A stretch of DNA of 64,000 nt from Selaginella moellendorffii. Taxonomy: Eukaryota > Plantae > Lycopodiophyta. Below, piece by piece: positions 33,846-46,080 of the stretch. The notes under the pieces are model-generated. The model was not told the DNA's origin. It made no database searches and worked only from the letters and a program-made list of their open reading frames with translations. The stretch covers positions 1,488,056 to 1,552,055 of the forward strand of contig NW_003314288.1 of assembly GCF_000143415.4 (NCBI RefSeq), in the 5' to 3' direction. Positions within the stretch are counted from its first letter, which is position 1. Each line of letters starts with the position of its first letter. Both the position numbers and the translations under genes were made by a program.

Positions 33846-36477
33846 ATGGACAGGAATGGGAGCCCCGTAATATCGAGGCAGAGGAGCAATGAGAGCGCCA
33901 CTTCATCTCCTGCCATGTCGCCGGCGCATCCGGCGCATCACGTCCGATCGGGCTCCCTGGGAGCGATGCGAAGGCCGAATTACTCCGCCAAGGCGGCGGC
34001 TGCGCGCCTCGCTAGCTTGATGCAAGCGTCGCATCCACAGGACGATGACGACGAAGACGACGATCTCCAGTTCGCACAGCAATCGCAATCCTACCGCGGA
34101 AAAACCAGCAATTTCTCGACCAGAGCCCAGTCTCCAGGGGTAAGTTCGCCATCCTTTGTTTGTCTTCCTTTCCGTGAGGAAAAACGTTCTTTGCTCGTGA
34201 GACACGAAGTTTGGAGATGCTCGGCCTCTCTTCTTTTGCTGTTTGCTGCCATAGCTTCACAGTCTTTGTTTTCACGAGTTTTTGGGATTGGGTCTGGACT
34301 GATAGTGAACTTCTTATCAAATACCAGCTAGTGAGGAGTCGGGACGAAAGTGGGAGTGACCATCAACGCTCGGCCTCTGCGGGCAGACCATTGCGTCCTA
34401 CGCCTTTAGTTCCTCCTTTGGCACCCGCGTCATCTGGTCGAGTGAAGCCACCCTCGTTTTCCACACAGCCACAACGAGTGCCAGAACCTTCCGTGGATGC
34501 TGACTTTCGTCGGGATAGAAGGTGGTCGAGTGGTTTTCGTGATTTCTCTTTCTCCGTTTCATATATTGGGGCTCGTGTTTTCGGTTTCTTTCGAACGTGG
34601 TGTGATGTTTATCTTCTTGATGCAGGCCTGCTGCGGATCCGGTTCACCATCAAAGGCAAGAGTCCGGAATCTCGAGACGTGAAGCTGCTGTACTTCGTGA
34701 TGAGGTATATTATGCTCAAACTTGTGAAATTTTCATCAACACTGGCTTGTAGCTTGAAGTACTTGAAGAAGAAAACCAACTTCGTCTTGACAAGGTTAGT
34801 TTCTACCTGTTGAATGTCATGTGACTTTTTTCGTTGCAGTTACGCCTTGCTGAAGAAAAACTGCAAGCGTCTGAAGCAAGAGCAAGAGAGCTTGAGAAGC
34901 AGGTAAATACTAGCTTTTATCTCTGTGATCTCTTTCATTTTCTCGCTTCCCAGGTTGCAAGTCTTGGAGAAGGTATTTCTCTGGAAGCTCGGCTGCTTCA
35001 TAGGTACTGGTCTGGCTGCAGTTTTGCCTTCTAACTCCATTGATTGTAATTCAGGAAAGAAGCAGCACTGAAGCAGCGTGAGGTTTGTCTTTGCTTATTT
35101 TTCTTCTTGTATGAAGTTTATTTTACACGACAAATGCATCTAGGCTGCTCTAAAAGCTGCAAAACAAAATAGAGATGTGAAAGATGACGAAATTGCAGCG
35201 CTTCGTCTAGAAGCAGAGGTATACTACATCGAGTATTGTTTTTATGCCATCTGACTGCCTGGAATTCAGGCCGCCAGAGACGAAGCTGTATCGGCATCGT
35301 CAAAAGCACTGGAAGCGGAAGCGGAAGCCAAAGCGTTGAGAACAATGACGCACAGGATGATCTTGACTCAAGAAGAAATGGTTTTTTCTCGAAGGATCTT
35401 GGTGCTCTGACCGAACGCGTTTTCCAGGAAGAGGTCGTTCTCAAACGTTGCTGGCTTGCACGGTATTGGGGGCTCGCTGTACGTCACGGTAAGATGTTTA
35501 TCTTTGCGTACATCTTGATTGATCTCGTGAGTACAGGAGTTCATCCGGAGACAGCTCCTCTGAAATATGAGTACTGGTCCTCCTTCGCTCCTTTACCTCT
35601 GGAAGTTGTCTTGGATGTCGGACAAAAAGGCAGCAATGAGTCTACAGGTAAGTCTTTACTTCAACGACATGCTTGAGCTCGATATAAACTTCAGCCAATG
35701 GAGACGGAAAGAAGGCGTCGCGCGATGTAAATGATATCACTGGCGAAGGCAACATAGAAAGCATGCTCTCTGTAGAGAAAGGCTTGCGAGAGCTTGCATC
35801 ATTGAAGGTTAGTGCCAGCCTTTGGGATTGTCAAAGTAATTGTTTGGTTTGTGAAGGTCGAAGATGGAGTTCTCCTTGCAATGTCTGAGCATCGGCGTCC
35901 AAGTTTGTTAAGAGTTGGCCACAGCCTGCCAGGTACAAAACTTGCATTTCTCTTCAATTACAAACTTTTAAACTTGCAGATGCAAGAGCCTCGCCAGATG
36001 GTCCCAAACTCGTGGAATCCATGGGTAAACTTCTTTGGCATTCGCTTGTTTGCCTCGTCTAATTATCATCTTTGGTTACCAGACTTGAGTAGCGAGGAAG
36101 TAGAAGATGTACAATTCAAACAGGTAGAAAACCTCACTACATTTCCAAGTGTTTCACAGCGGCTGTGTTTGTGTGTATCACAGGCGTGGTTGTCTTATTT
36201 TTGGCGTCGAGCAAGAGCCAACAAGATCGAATCCGACATCGCTGATGAGCGGCTGCAGTACTGGGCCAGTCGGAATGCAGTTTCTCCGACGTTCCATGAC
36301 GCTGTTGACGGTATGATCTTTCTTTCGTCATCTCCGGCATCTAACCAATGCCTCAAACTCGCAGTGGAGCGAGGCCTGATGGAGCTCCGAAAGCTGGGCA
36401 TCGAGGACCAGCTGTGGGAGGCTTCTCGCAAGGAGATCGCGCAGCAGCAGGCACAGAAGGGAAGCCCCTCGAGCTGA
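33846..36477 (+). CDS. SCD2: SCD2-like coiled-coil protein, multi-exon
   Basis: [83 protein letters not shown]. Confidence 0.85.
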
Positions 36478-36701
36478 AGACTTTCCTCCTCGCGGGTGAT
36501 TTTTATCTATTCTTATTTGTTTCTCTTACAACCCCAGGGATGTATAGCTTCGATTGTCCAAACATTGGATATAGCACACAGTGAGCTAAAAAAGTTGATC
36601 CTCACTCGGGGACACAAATAAGCGCAATCACGTAAGTTTGAACAAGGTCGAAAGATATATTTGTCTTTCAAAGTTATTCTCTCTCGATCGATTTCACTCG
36701 C

Positions 36702-37082
36702 TCAATCCAGAGGATAGCCATCTGGATCTGTAAAGAAGAGAGAAAACTCGATAAGCTTTCTCTCAAGAACACTAAAGAGAAAGTAAAACTTACCGAGGAA
36801 TGCGGGGCGCTCGATGTAGTTGATCAAGTCGGGCTGGATGACATCAAAGGGATCCTGGCGGCCCTTGATGTTGCTCTGGCGGAGCTTGTAGTAGTAGACC
36901 TTGGTGTACTTGGGCGCCTGCCAGAAGCCGTAAGGCTTGACGGGGAGTGACCAGTACTCGAGATTCTTGTCGCTCCGCCGCTTGGCCACCACCATGCGCT
37001 CCTTCCACAGCCGCTCCCGCTCGCGCGGGTCCTCCATCATCTGCCGGATCCAGTGCTCCGCGAATTCCTTGATAAAACCCAT
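36702..37082 (-). CDS. Small conserved plant protein of unknown function (intron 36728-36793)
   Basis: MGFIKEFAEHW..MMEDPRERE..WSLPVKPYGFW..GRQDPFD resembles a conserved plant family. Telo-like motif upstream. Confidence 0.7.
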   Translation of the reverse strand: MGFIKEFAEHWIRQMMEDPRERERLWKERMVVAKRRSDKNLEYWSLPVKPYGFWQAPKYTKVYYYKLRQSNIKGRQDPFDVIQPDLINYIERPAFLGKFYFLFSVLERKLIEFSLFFTDPDGYPLD

Positions 37083-37653
37083 CCCCCTCGATTTCTTCCC
37101 TCCCTATCCCAAGCCCTAACTTTAGTTTGATATCAGATGTAAGAAATATTTTGCTTGGATAACCAAGAGTGATTCTCCCATTAGTTACCTGACTAGTCGT
37201 CTTGATGTTCTCTATCTCCCGCGCGGACAACCAAACCTGGTAAACCTCGACTGAGCAGGGCTTGGTCGGAATTGAGAGTGTTCCCGAAAGTGATTGTGGT
37301 GAAATGAGAATGGCACCAAGTTTGAATCTGGATCGAGAAGCCCCACTGCTTCTTCAACTGGGTCATACCTGATAGCATCTCGAATGCAGCTAGTCTTCCG
37401 GCTGCAGCACAAATGATCGAGATCCACATGGACGCCTCTTCATCTAGAAAGCGTGGGCGAGAGCCGGGTGAAGAGGGAGAGCAGGAGGAGAAAAAGCGAC
37501 TTAAAGAGGTGAGATTGCTCGTGTGCAATTTCGTCTGCAGGAGCCTTGTCGAGTAGCGATCCAAACCTAAAAGCTGGAAGGAGAAGAGAAGAACGATGAT
37601 GAACTGCAAAGCTCCCAAGCTTTTCACGAGAAAAGTTCCCTAAGTTGGCGGGC

Positions 37654-38878
37654 TCACATAGAAAGCAGGACCGCTAAAACCGTGCTCAATGCAAACTGCC
37701 CTTCACCCCCGATGCTGCAACTTCCCTCTTCCTCTTCCTCTTCAACCCAAGGCTCCTCGTCCTCTTCTTGCGCCTATAAGAAAACAAAGAGTTTGTAGAA
37801 AACACTTGAGGAGAGTTACTTACCTCCTGAGCCTGGTCCTGTGCTAAACGTACCTGGCTCGTTTTAATCTTGGCATACGCAGCTTTGCCATGATCACCGT
37901 CCTCGACGAACAAAAAGTTCTGGATGAGCTGCAGGATGTTGAGACACTCGTCGAAGCTCCGGTATGGAGCGCTGAGCTTGTCGACCACTATGCCAAACAG
38001 CCAGTTGCCACCGTTGTTGAGCCTCTCCAGGACGATCTTCTTGACAGCGGGCGAGTACGCAGTCGCTAGCTCGATCCAGGGCACTGGAATTTGGAGACGT
38101 CGCCGCCAGTTCTTGGGGATCTTCCCCATCTACACAAAAGACACCAGGAAGAAACAATGGAGACTTCCGACGTGAATCCAGAAAAGCTTACCTTCCAGGT
38201 ACCCGAACGTAGAACATGGCGGGAGCTGATCGAGAAAGTTCCGGCATCCAAGTCGATGATGTAGACGTACCCCATGTCGAGGTCAGGCTGCGGCGGCTCC
38301 ATGTCCGGCTCTTCATTCGACACTAACACGCCGAGCTCGAGCAAGCGAAACCAGAGCCGCTCGTGGGACTCGATGTTCCGGCACAGGAACGCCCACCGGT
38401 TTCTTCCTCCCATTAAATTCTCGGCCTCGTTCCGGATGAAGGCCCGGAACCGGACAGGGTCCTCGAGGATAGCCGCCATCCTCGCTTTCACAGCAGCACT
38501 CCTGCTCATAATGTCGAATTGCCCCATATCTTCCAGGTATTCTCGTTCACACCGGGCGTCAGCAAGCATGTAGTCGCGGACTGCGTCGATGATCGCGTCC
38601 GAGGTTGATGCTCGCTTCTCTCTGGATCTTGGCACTGTCGAGCACACACACGAGTTAGGTGGAGGGAAGAAAAAAAGATCAAAGCTTGAGCCTTGATCAC
38701 CAGCGATCACCTGGATGAAGACGGCGTTTTCGAGCAGGCGCCTCCACTCTTTCGGGTCCGGATGATCCGCGAGCAGCGCTACGAGTCGCCCGCCGACGAA
38801 CTCGAGCTGCCCCCACTTCTTGTAGAGAACGTAGTACGTGCCCTCGTAGCGGAGGGAGATCCAAGCTGGCATCTCCAT
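37654..38878 (-). CDS. Uncharacterised 4-exon protein
   Basis: Consistent GT-AG junctions near 38700/38636, 38191/38130 and 37823/37774. Motifs YEGTYYVLY and YVYIIDLD. Acidic tail ending TGA at 37654. Confidence 0.6.
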
Positions 38879-40133
38879 GGGCGAAACACCCTTAAACCAT
38901 TTTTGGAAACATTATTTTCGGAAACGTTTCGAGCAGCGACTAAATCTTTCTTTGAACTGCTAACGGACATGATCGGATGACGTTCATTTCTTCTTCGGAT
39001 CCACCGGAACATGGTGCAGACGCTAGACACCTTCTCTGGATCAGGACAAGAAAGATCTTTGAGCTCTAAGAGTTTATTTTTTCCAGGCCGCAAATATCTA
39101 TGCTGTCCATCAGTCGCTCTTTTGCCGGTGCTTCTGTGGCGAGGATGCCGCTCTTCCTGCTATACCATGTTTCGTTCATGCTTGCCTTGTCAAAGGGCCA
39201 TGAGGTGTTATTCTAGGGTTTGTGATAGGGGAAGAGAGCACTTTAGTCCAAAAGGTCAAATGGGGAATTGTTGAATCATGCAGGTTATGATAGGCGCTCG
39301 TTTACATCCAGGGCCAATATTTTCATAGGTGGCACCACCTTTTTTTTTTTTTATTGATGGAGAGGAATGCATGCAGGTTTTTTGTGATTGGAGGTCCGAA
39401 AAGCGGAAGCGATTATGAGAGGCAAAGTTGTTTAGCTCCCACTAGAAGCTCGTACAAGCAACGCACGCTTAGTGAATGAGGACGCTGGTGCTTGTTTTAT
39501 GTAGCCGCGATCCAAATGCCAACAGTGTCGACTCGCCAGAGATAAATACGAGATGCGCAGCCAAGCCGCTGCTTGGTTTTGCGTCCACGGATATGTTGTT
39601 GCTAGTTGCTGGCGCTGATTATCATCCTCCAGTTTGGGAAGATTAATGACGCTTATGGCGAGTCAGCAATGGTAATGCTTATAGATGGATATTTTCTGTG
39701 AAAATAAAAATGGCTGCCTCTTTTTGCGTTCGGCGTGGGATTGTTGTGACTGCCGCACCGGGTACCATTTCTAAGCACTCCCTTTCTGGCATCAAGAGTA
39801 GCTACTTGCAATCGCTGCTGAGCCAGGAGATGGGATATTTCGAGCAATGCGTGACGAGTGGGGACGCGATCACAGCCACCTCCACTGACACCCTCCTCAT
39901 CCACGACGCCATGGGAGAGAAGGTAAGTAAGCTGGATAACCAAAGACTAGCTTCGTCTTGATCTTCTCCATCACTTCCAAGTTATCTGGCGAGGACGAAC
40001 GAAACGAAAAGTACCTGGTAAGCAGCTGGGAAGGAAAAAGAAAGAACACACATTGCCTGGGAGTACTTGCGTCCATTTGTTAGCTTGTCTCCATCGCCAG
40101 CTCCTGGAGCCGCCAATCTCATGACGACGGATG

Positions 40134-41923
40134 CTATTGAACAGGAGGCTCCATTTCTCCTTCGTCTTGTTCTTGTTCTTCCTTTTCTTCTTCCATTTCT
40201 GCGAGTTCTTGTGTCTCATGCTGCTGTTGCTCTCCCTCTCCCACGTCAGGCATTTCTTCATCTTCTTTGTCATCCGCTGGGCTGTTCTTCTGCGACCACA
40301 GCTTGATTGTCCTGTCGTGAGCCACTGTAACAACGTACTGGTTGTCTGCGAAAATAAGCAGTCACGTCAATTCCTGATCCCTGAAGCGTACCAATAAAAG
40401 AGCAAGGAAAAACAAATACCAGAAGTTACATCAACGCCTGTGAGCTTCCCTTCGTGTCCCGATAGCGTCTTCACGGGCTTGAAATCGCGTCCCGACCATG
40501 CCTGCAAGAAGGAACTCACACGTAAGACGTGCAAAAGCAGCTTTGTACTAACCTTGGCCGTGTTGTCAAAAGAAGCTGTCATGAGATAGTATCCATCTTC
40601 GCGCTCGTACTTCACCTGGGAAATCAGGGAGGAGTGAGCCGGAATGGTGTAGAGCATTGCCTTCCTCCTCAAGTCCCAGATCTTGCACGTATGATCCTCT
40701 CCTCCGGTTGCTAAGTGGTAGCCATTCTTCGAGAAATCCACACCCAGCACCGGCTTCACATGACCCTCCAGAGCCATGATACTCCGTCCGGTACGAAGAT
40801 CCCACACGCGGGTCAAGGCATCCATGCCGCAGGAAGCCACCAGCGAGCCATCGCACTGGAAAGCGATTCCGTACAGGCCCCGGCTGTGGCCCTCTTGCAG
40901 TAGCACCTCCGCTCCGGTGTTCACATCCCAGAGCCTCCAAGTTTTGTCGAAGCTGGTCGTTCCAATGTAGGCTCCCGATGGATGGAACGCGATCCTCGCC
41001 AGGCGCGTCAAGTGGCCCTTGAAAGCCATCTTCATGTTTCCTTGAAGGTCCCAGACCATGGCTGTCCGATCCGCAGAAGCTGTCGCTATGTTCTGTCCAT
41101 CGGGAGAGAAGACAACGTCCGTTAACCTCTCCGTGTGATGGCCTTTGAGGGCTCCCACTTTTTTCACGTCGGGCACGCTCCAGATCTTCGCGACACCAGT
41201 CCAGCCACTGCGATACACAAACAAACAAACAAAAGATGAATGACAAAGAACATACTGGAAACTAGCTGTGCTGAAAACAAAAACTTTCACGTACCACGTA
41301 GCGAGAAGCGCCGAGTCTGGCGAGAATGCGCATCCCGTCAAGGGCCTGTCGTCGCCAATCTCACTGCAATCCAGCGAGAAGTTGGCGACGGACTTGAGCA
41401 CCGACTTGATCTCCTGCTCCTCGTCCTCGTCCGGATTCTCCCTCTTCCGCTTCGCTCGAGCAATCCTGTCGGCGGCGCGAGGAACGGAGAAGTGGAGGAT
41501 CTCCATCCTCGCTCGCAGCAAGTCCGCAGTGCCCTCGGTGTAGAAGGTGCTCTTCTGGACAGCCGAGATCTTGACGGACTCCTCCTTGGCCTCCTGCTTC
41601 TGGGGGAGCCGATCACCACCCTCATCGGCCATGAGGTAGCGCAGCCGGTCCCGGCGCTCCATCTCGCGCTCCCCAAACAGCGTCACCGGCTGGCCCATCT
41701 GCCGCAGCTTCTCCTTCACGGCGGCATCGCTGGTCGGGACCGCCAGCGCAGCCGCCCGCCGCTGGAGCAAGATCCTCTCCATGTCCTTCTCATGCTTCTC
41801 CCGCGCGACCTTGCTCGCCTCGGACACCTCATACTCATCCTTCTTCGGTGCCGCGGCAGCGCCATCCGTGTGGAGCGTCGGGATGTCCGCGAGCGCCACG
41901 GTCTTGGCGACCTCCGCGGCCAT
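40134..41923 (-). CDS. PRP4: U4/U6 snRNP protein PRP4 (LACHESIS-like), WD40, multi-exon
   Basis: PRP4 motif VPTSDAAVKEKLRQMGQPVTLFGE..RRDRLR, SEIGDDRP, WD repeats. Confidence 0.95.
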
Positions 41924-43239
41924 GGCAGTGGAGATCTATCGACTAGAATGCCGCTCACCTCTCTAGCGCCACCGCCATCCCATTCATTCTTGAAGCTCCA
42001 AGCCCTAAACCCTAAAATGTGATTTCTTTATTTGTGGCTGGGGTTCGAGTCCTGGCGTTTCCAAATATCTGGTGGAGTGGATCTTTCTTGGTAACGAGAA
42101 ATGCAGGGGTTTGGTTATAAAGTCCCACCACCCTAGGCTATGGCTATGCCCACCAGCAAGAGAAAGACAATAACATCAACACCAACCGTATAATCGCTCC
42201 TTCAAATCAAATGGACATATGTTTGTCCTTCCCGGTAGAAGATTTTCTATTCGCGAGAGCGAAGTGTCCACCAATTTCGCTAAAGAAAGATGCGTGCCTT
42301 GAATGCCAGCCGGACAAATCCGCCCAATCTTCTTGGTTAAACAACAACAAAGAAAAGAACAAGAACGGATATCAAATACATGGTTGCATGCCGGGAAATC
42401 CAAATCATACCAGGGATGATTGTCTTAAGGGTAAAAATCCTATGATTCTACCCAGAGCCGTCCTCCAAAATATGCCTTCTTTCCGTGTGTTGCCCACCAC
42501 ATATATTCTGCCCGCCACCCCCCACCACCTTTTGTCAGACCTAATTCTAACCCAGGCATTCTTTGCGCTCAAAGAAAATGGCGTGGGGTGGGACATGACG
42601 ACGACATGTATATGTGTCTCACACAAAGTTATCAGGACAGAATCTAGGGCTGGGCCAAAAGCCGTTATGGGCCGACGTGGCGCCCATCGCGCCGGCGTGG
42701 CGCGACGTGGCTGCCAGGTCGGCGGGTCTGACACGGCCAACGGAAACACCGCGTACGGACGGCGATGTCGCGAGCCAGCCGTACAGTCTCCTCCCGAAAA
42801 TAAGCTGCTACGCTGCCTCGGGGAGGAAGAAAAAAATAGGGTTCTTTCTATTCGCGAGGTGGGAGCGATCGATCGGGATAGCCGCTGGGGCGCTAATTTG
42901 GAATCCGGAGAATTAAAATGGTGGGGGATTCCGGGATTTGGATTCATCCGGCGCGAGCGGACGCGCGGCGCCGTCGCCCTCGGTGGGATCACACGGCGTC
43001 AAGGCCGCGGTGGCGGTGACGACGATGCGGGGATCCAGGCCCTTGCTATGGCGGTCGCGCTAGAGCAGCGGCAGTGGTAGGCAAGGAGGGTAAGGGAAGG
43101 AGGCGCTTTGACTCGAGCGGCCGGATCGGATTTGGCAGTGCGATGTGTAAGAGGCGGTCACGGGCAGAGATTTCTGGGCTGGGAGGGAGCTTCCAGCATT
43201 TTGGGAGGAGCTAGATTGAGCCACCACAGTCGCTTTTGG

Positions 43240-43265
43240 TCTCTCTCTCTCTCTCTCTCTCTCTC
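43240..43265. repeat. (CT)n microsatellite in the GALT 5' region
   Basis: About 12 CT units. Confidence 0.9.
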
Positions 43266-43320
43266 GCTTTCTCTTTCTTGCTCTTCTTCCCTTCTCTGGC
43301 GAGGATCCAGGGAGGATAGG

Positions 43321-45781
43321 ATGAGGAAAAGTCCATCGAGATGGGAGGTAGCGCCGTGGAGCCGGCTTCGGATCATCCGCGTGATGCTGGGCGTGGTGGG
43401 GCTGTGCCTGATCGCCATGACGCTGGAAGCCCCAAATCTGTTCCAGCCCAGGGCGCAGCTCAAGGCGGTCGGCGCGTCGACGCAGCAGGAGCTCAGGGAA
43501 GAGATCCCAGCCAAGCCTCGCCGAGCTCTCATAGATGGAGCTAAAGAAGATCTCTCTTCTACACGCTCCCCGCAACACCATGGATCCTCGAGCTCTGGCC
43601 CGTCCTCGAGCAGTAAGAACCATCCCCAGGAAGAACAGGGATTGCCCAAGCCACGTCCAGTGGGAGGAGAGGAGGAACGAAGCTCGCCACCCGCGTCCTC
43701 GGCTACCGCGCTGCTCCACGCCGCCCGCGCCGCCCGCGTCGCCGGCGCCAAGATGTGGCAGCTCGTCGAGTCCAACTTCGCCGCCTCGCCGGCGGCGGCA
43801 AAGCAGCACAGCAGCAACCTCACCACGCTGGCCTCGTCGCCGCCGCGCAAGAACTCGCAGTGCCCCCAGGTGGTGATCGTCTCCGGCGACGAGCTGCGCG
43901 GTACCGCCAACGTCGCGGTCATACCGTGCGGCCTGGCGTCGGGCTCCTCGGTCACGCTCGTCGCGCGGCCTCTCAAAGCCCACCCCGAGAACTCGCCACA
44001 CATAAGGATGCTGCCCGACGGCCAGAGCGACGTGATGGTGTCGCAGTTCATGGTGGAGCTCCGCGGGCTCAAGCTGGTGAACGGGGAGGACCCGCCGCGA
44101 ATTCTCCACGTAAATCCGCGGCTCCGGGGCGACTGGAGCGGCAAGCCCGTGATCGAGATGAACACTTGCTACCGCGGGCAGTGGGGCGCCGCGCTCCGCT
44201 GCGAGGGATGGCTCTCTCCGGATGAAGAAGCTGGTAAGTCATAGCAAAGCTTTCGCGAAAGGTTGGTTTTTTACGCTGTTCTTCGCAGTGGATGGATTGC
44301 CGAGATGCGAGAACTGGCTGAGAGAGGAGGAAGGGAGTAGCAGCAAGGGCAGCAGTAGTAACGCTGCGACGCGAATTCCCGGGAAGAACGCGAACACTTG
44401 GCTCAACACTTGGATACCAGAGCCCGAGAAGGGAGGATTGGACTGGCGGTACCCGTTTGCCGAGGAGAGGCTGTTCGTCTTGACGATTCGGGCTGGATGG
44501 GAGGGGTACCACGTTAGTGTCGATGGCAGGCACATCACTTCTTTTCCATACCGGACTGTAAGTTCGAGAAAAACGTCTTTTTTCTTGACTGGGAAACTTA
44601 CAAGCTCCTCTTTTTTGCAGGGATTCATCCTCGAGGAAGCCACTGGTTTTGCCATTGGCGGCGACGTTGAGGTTCGCTCCGTTGTTGCGACGGGCTTACC
44701 ATCGTCACACTCGGTGGTTTCGTCGGATCTCCCGCTGGAAGAGTCGGAGCAATATAAGGCTCCTCCTCTACCGGGTGGATCCGTCCATCTCTTCATAGGA
44801 ATCCTCTCGGCCAGCAACCACTTTGCGGAGAGAATGGCCGTCCGGAAGACGTGGATGCAATCGACGTCTATTCGATCATCGCTGGTGATCGCGAGATTTT
44901 TCGTCGCACTGGTAAGCAGCTGCTTGTCGTGTCTTATCTGTTGGAAGTTTTGTTTCTGATCCCTGGAGCGACTATGTTGTTGCAGCATTCTGACCTTGAG
45001 ATCAACTTACAAGTGAGAGAGGAAGCAGAATATTTTGGCGATATGGTGATTTTGCCTTTCATTGATCACTACGATCTCGTTGTTCTCAAGACTGTCGCGA
45101 TTTGTGAATATGCGGTGAGCTTCTTCGTTGAGTCTATAGGAAAACTCACGTCATCTTTGCTGTGTGGCACAGGTTAGGAACGTATCAGCAAAGAACGTAA
45201 TGAAAACTGACGATGATACCTTTGTGAGGGTGGAAACGATTGCCAACTTGTTGAAGAACACTAAGAAGGCCCCCGGACTCTACATGGGTAACATCAACCA
45301 ATTTCACAGACCATTGAGAGAAGGCAAATGGGCTGTAACTTACGAGGTAAATCTTTGTTTCTTCCTCTTTGTCGTTGCTTATCGAGAGAGTTCGCAGGAG
45401 TGGCCCGAGGAAGAGTATCCTCCTTACGCTAATGGCCCGGGGTACGTCATCTCGTCGGACATCGCCGAGTTCATCTTACAACAGCAAAACAACCACACAC
45501 TGAGAGTAAGGAAACTTTGATTTCGTAGTACCGAGGAGATTGCTTACTTTATATATGCTCTTCTCCTCTTTCAGCTGTTCAAGATGGAAGACGTGAGCAT
45601 GGGAATGTGGGTCGTCCAATTCAATCTTGCACAGGCGGTTCATTACGTCCACAATCTCAAGTTTTGTCAATGGGGTTGCGTCGAAGATTACTACACGGCA
45701 CATTATCAATCGCCGCGCCAGATGTTGTGTATGTGGGACAAGCTGCAAAAAGGCGATGCTCAGTGCTGTAACATGAGATAA
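43321..45781 (+). CDS. GALT: Hydroxyproline O-galactosyltransferase (GT31 with galectin domain), multi-exon
   Basis: Type II TM anchor, [67 protein letters not shown]. Confidence 0.95.
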
Positions 45782-46080
45782 CCTTGGAAGCATTCAACCG
45801 TAGAGAACGCACACAGAGCTCTTAGAGGCATATCTTTCTCGTAGAGGGACCGTTTTAGAGGAGATAATTTTGCAAGAGGGAAAGAATAATATACTGTCAA
45901 TACAGAAAAGTTTTACAGACATACCGAGCGAGGTCCTCGCCGCTCAAATCTACGAGAAACCTGGAAGTCATAATGTAGAGATATGAATGCTCAGCTTTAG
46001 AAATGGGAAGACTTACTCCTTTCCAGTCTCGATTTAGACGAAGATGGATGAATCAAAGCTCTAGTCACGAGCGTTCGATA

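Noticed and set aside
37428-37570. Tiny spliced ORF MDASSSRKRGRE..
   Set aside because: About 36 codons with no family evidence.
39011-40060. Short plus-strand ORFs with splice-like signals
   Set aside because: No coherent gene model or homology is recognisable. At most a decayed fragment.
42036-42062. GGTTCGAGTCC tRNA T-loop/B-box-like motif (similar at about 22484 and 26996)
   Set aside because: No cloverleaf, acceptor stem or A-box could be built.
42211-43080. 289-aa ORF between PRP4 and GALT
   Set aside because: No motifs, non-ATG-like composition, and it overlaps a GC-rich divergent promoter/5' UTR with TGGGCC site II motifs.
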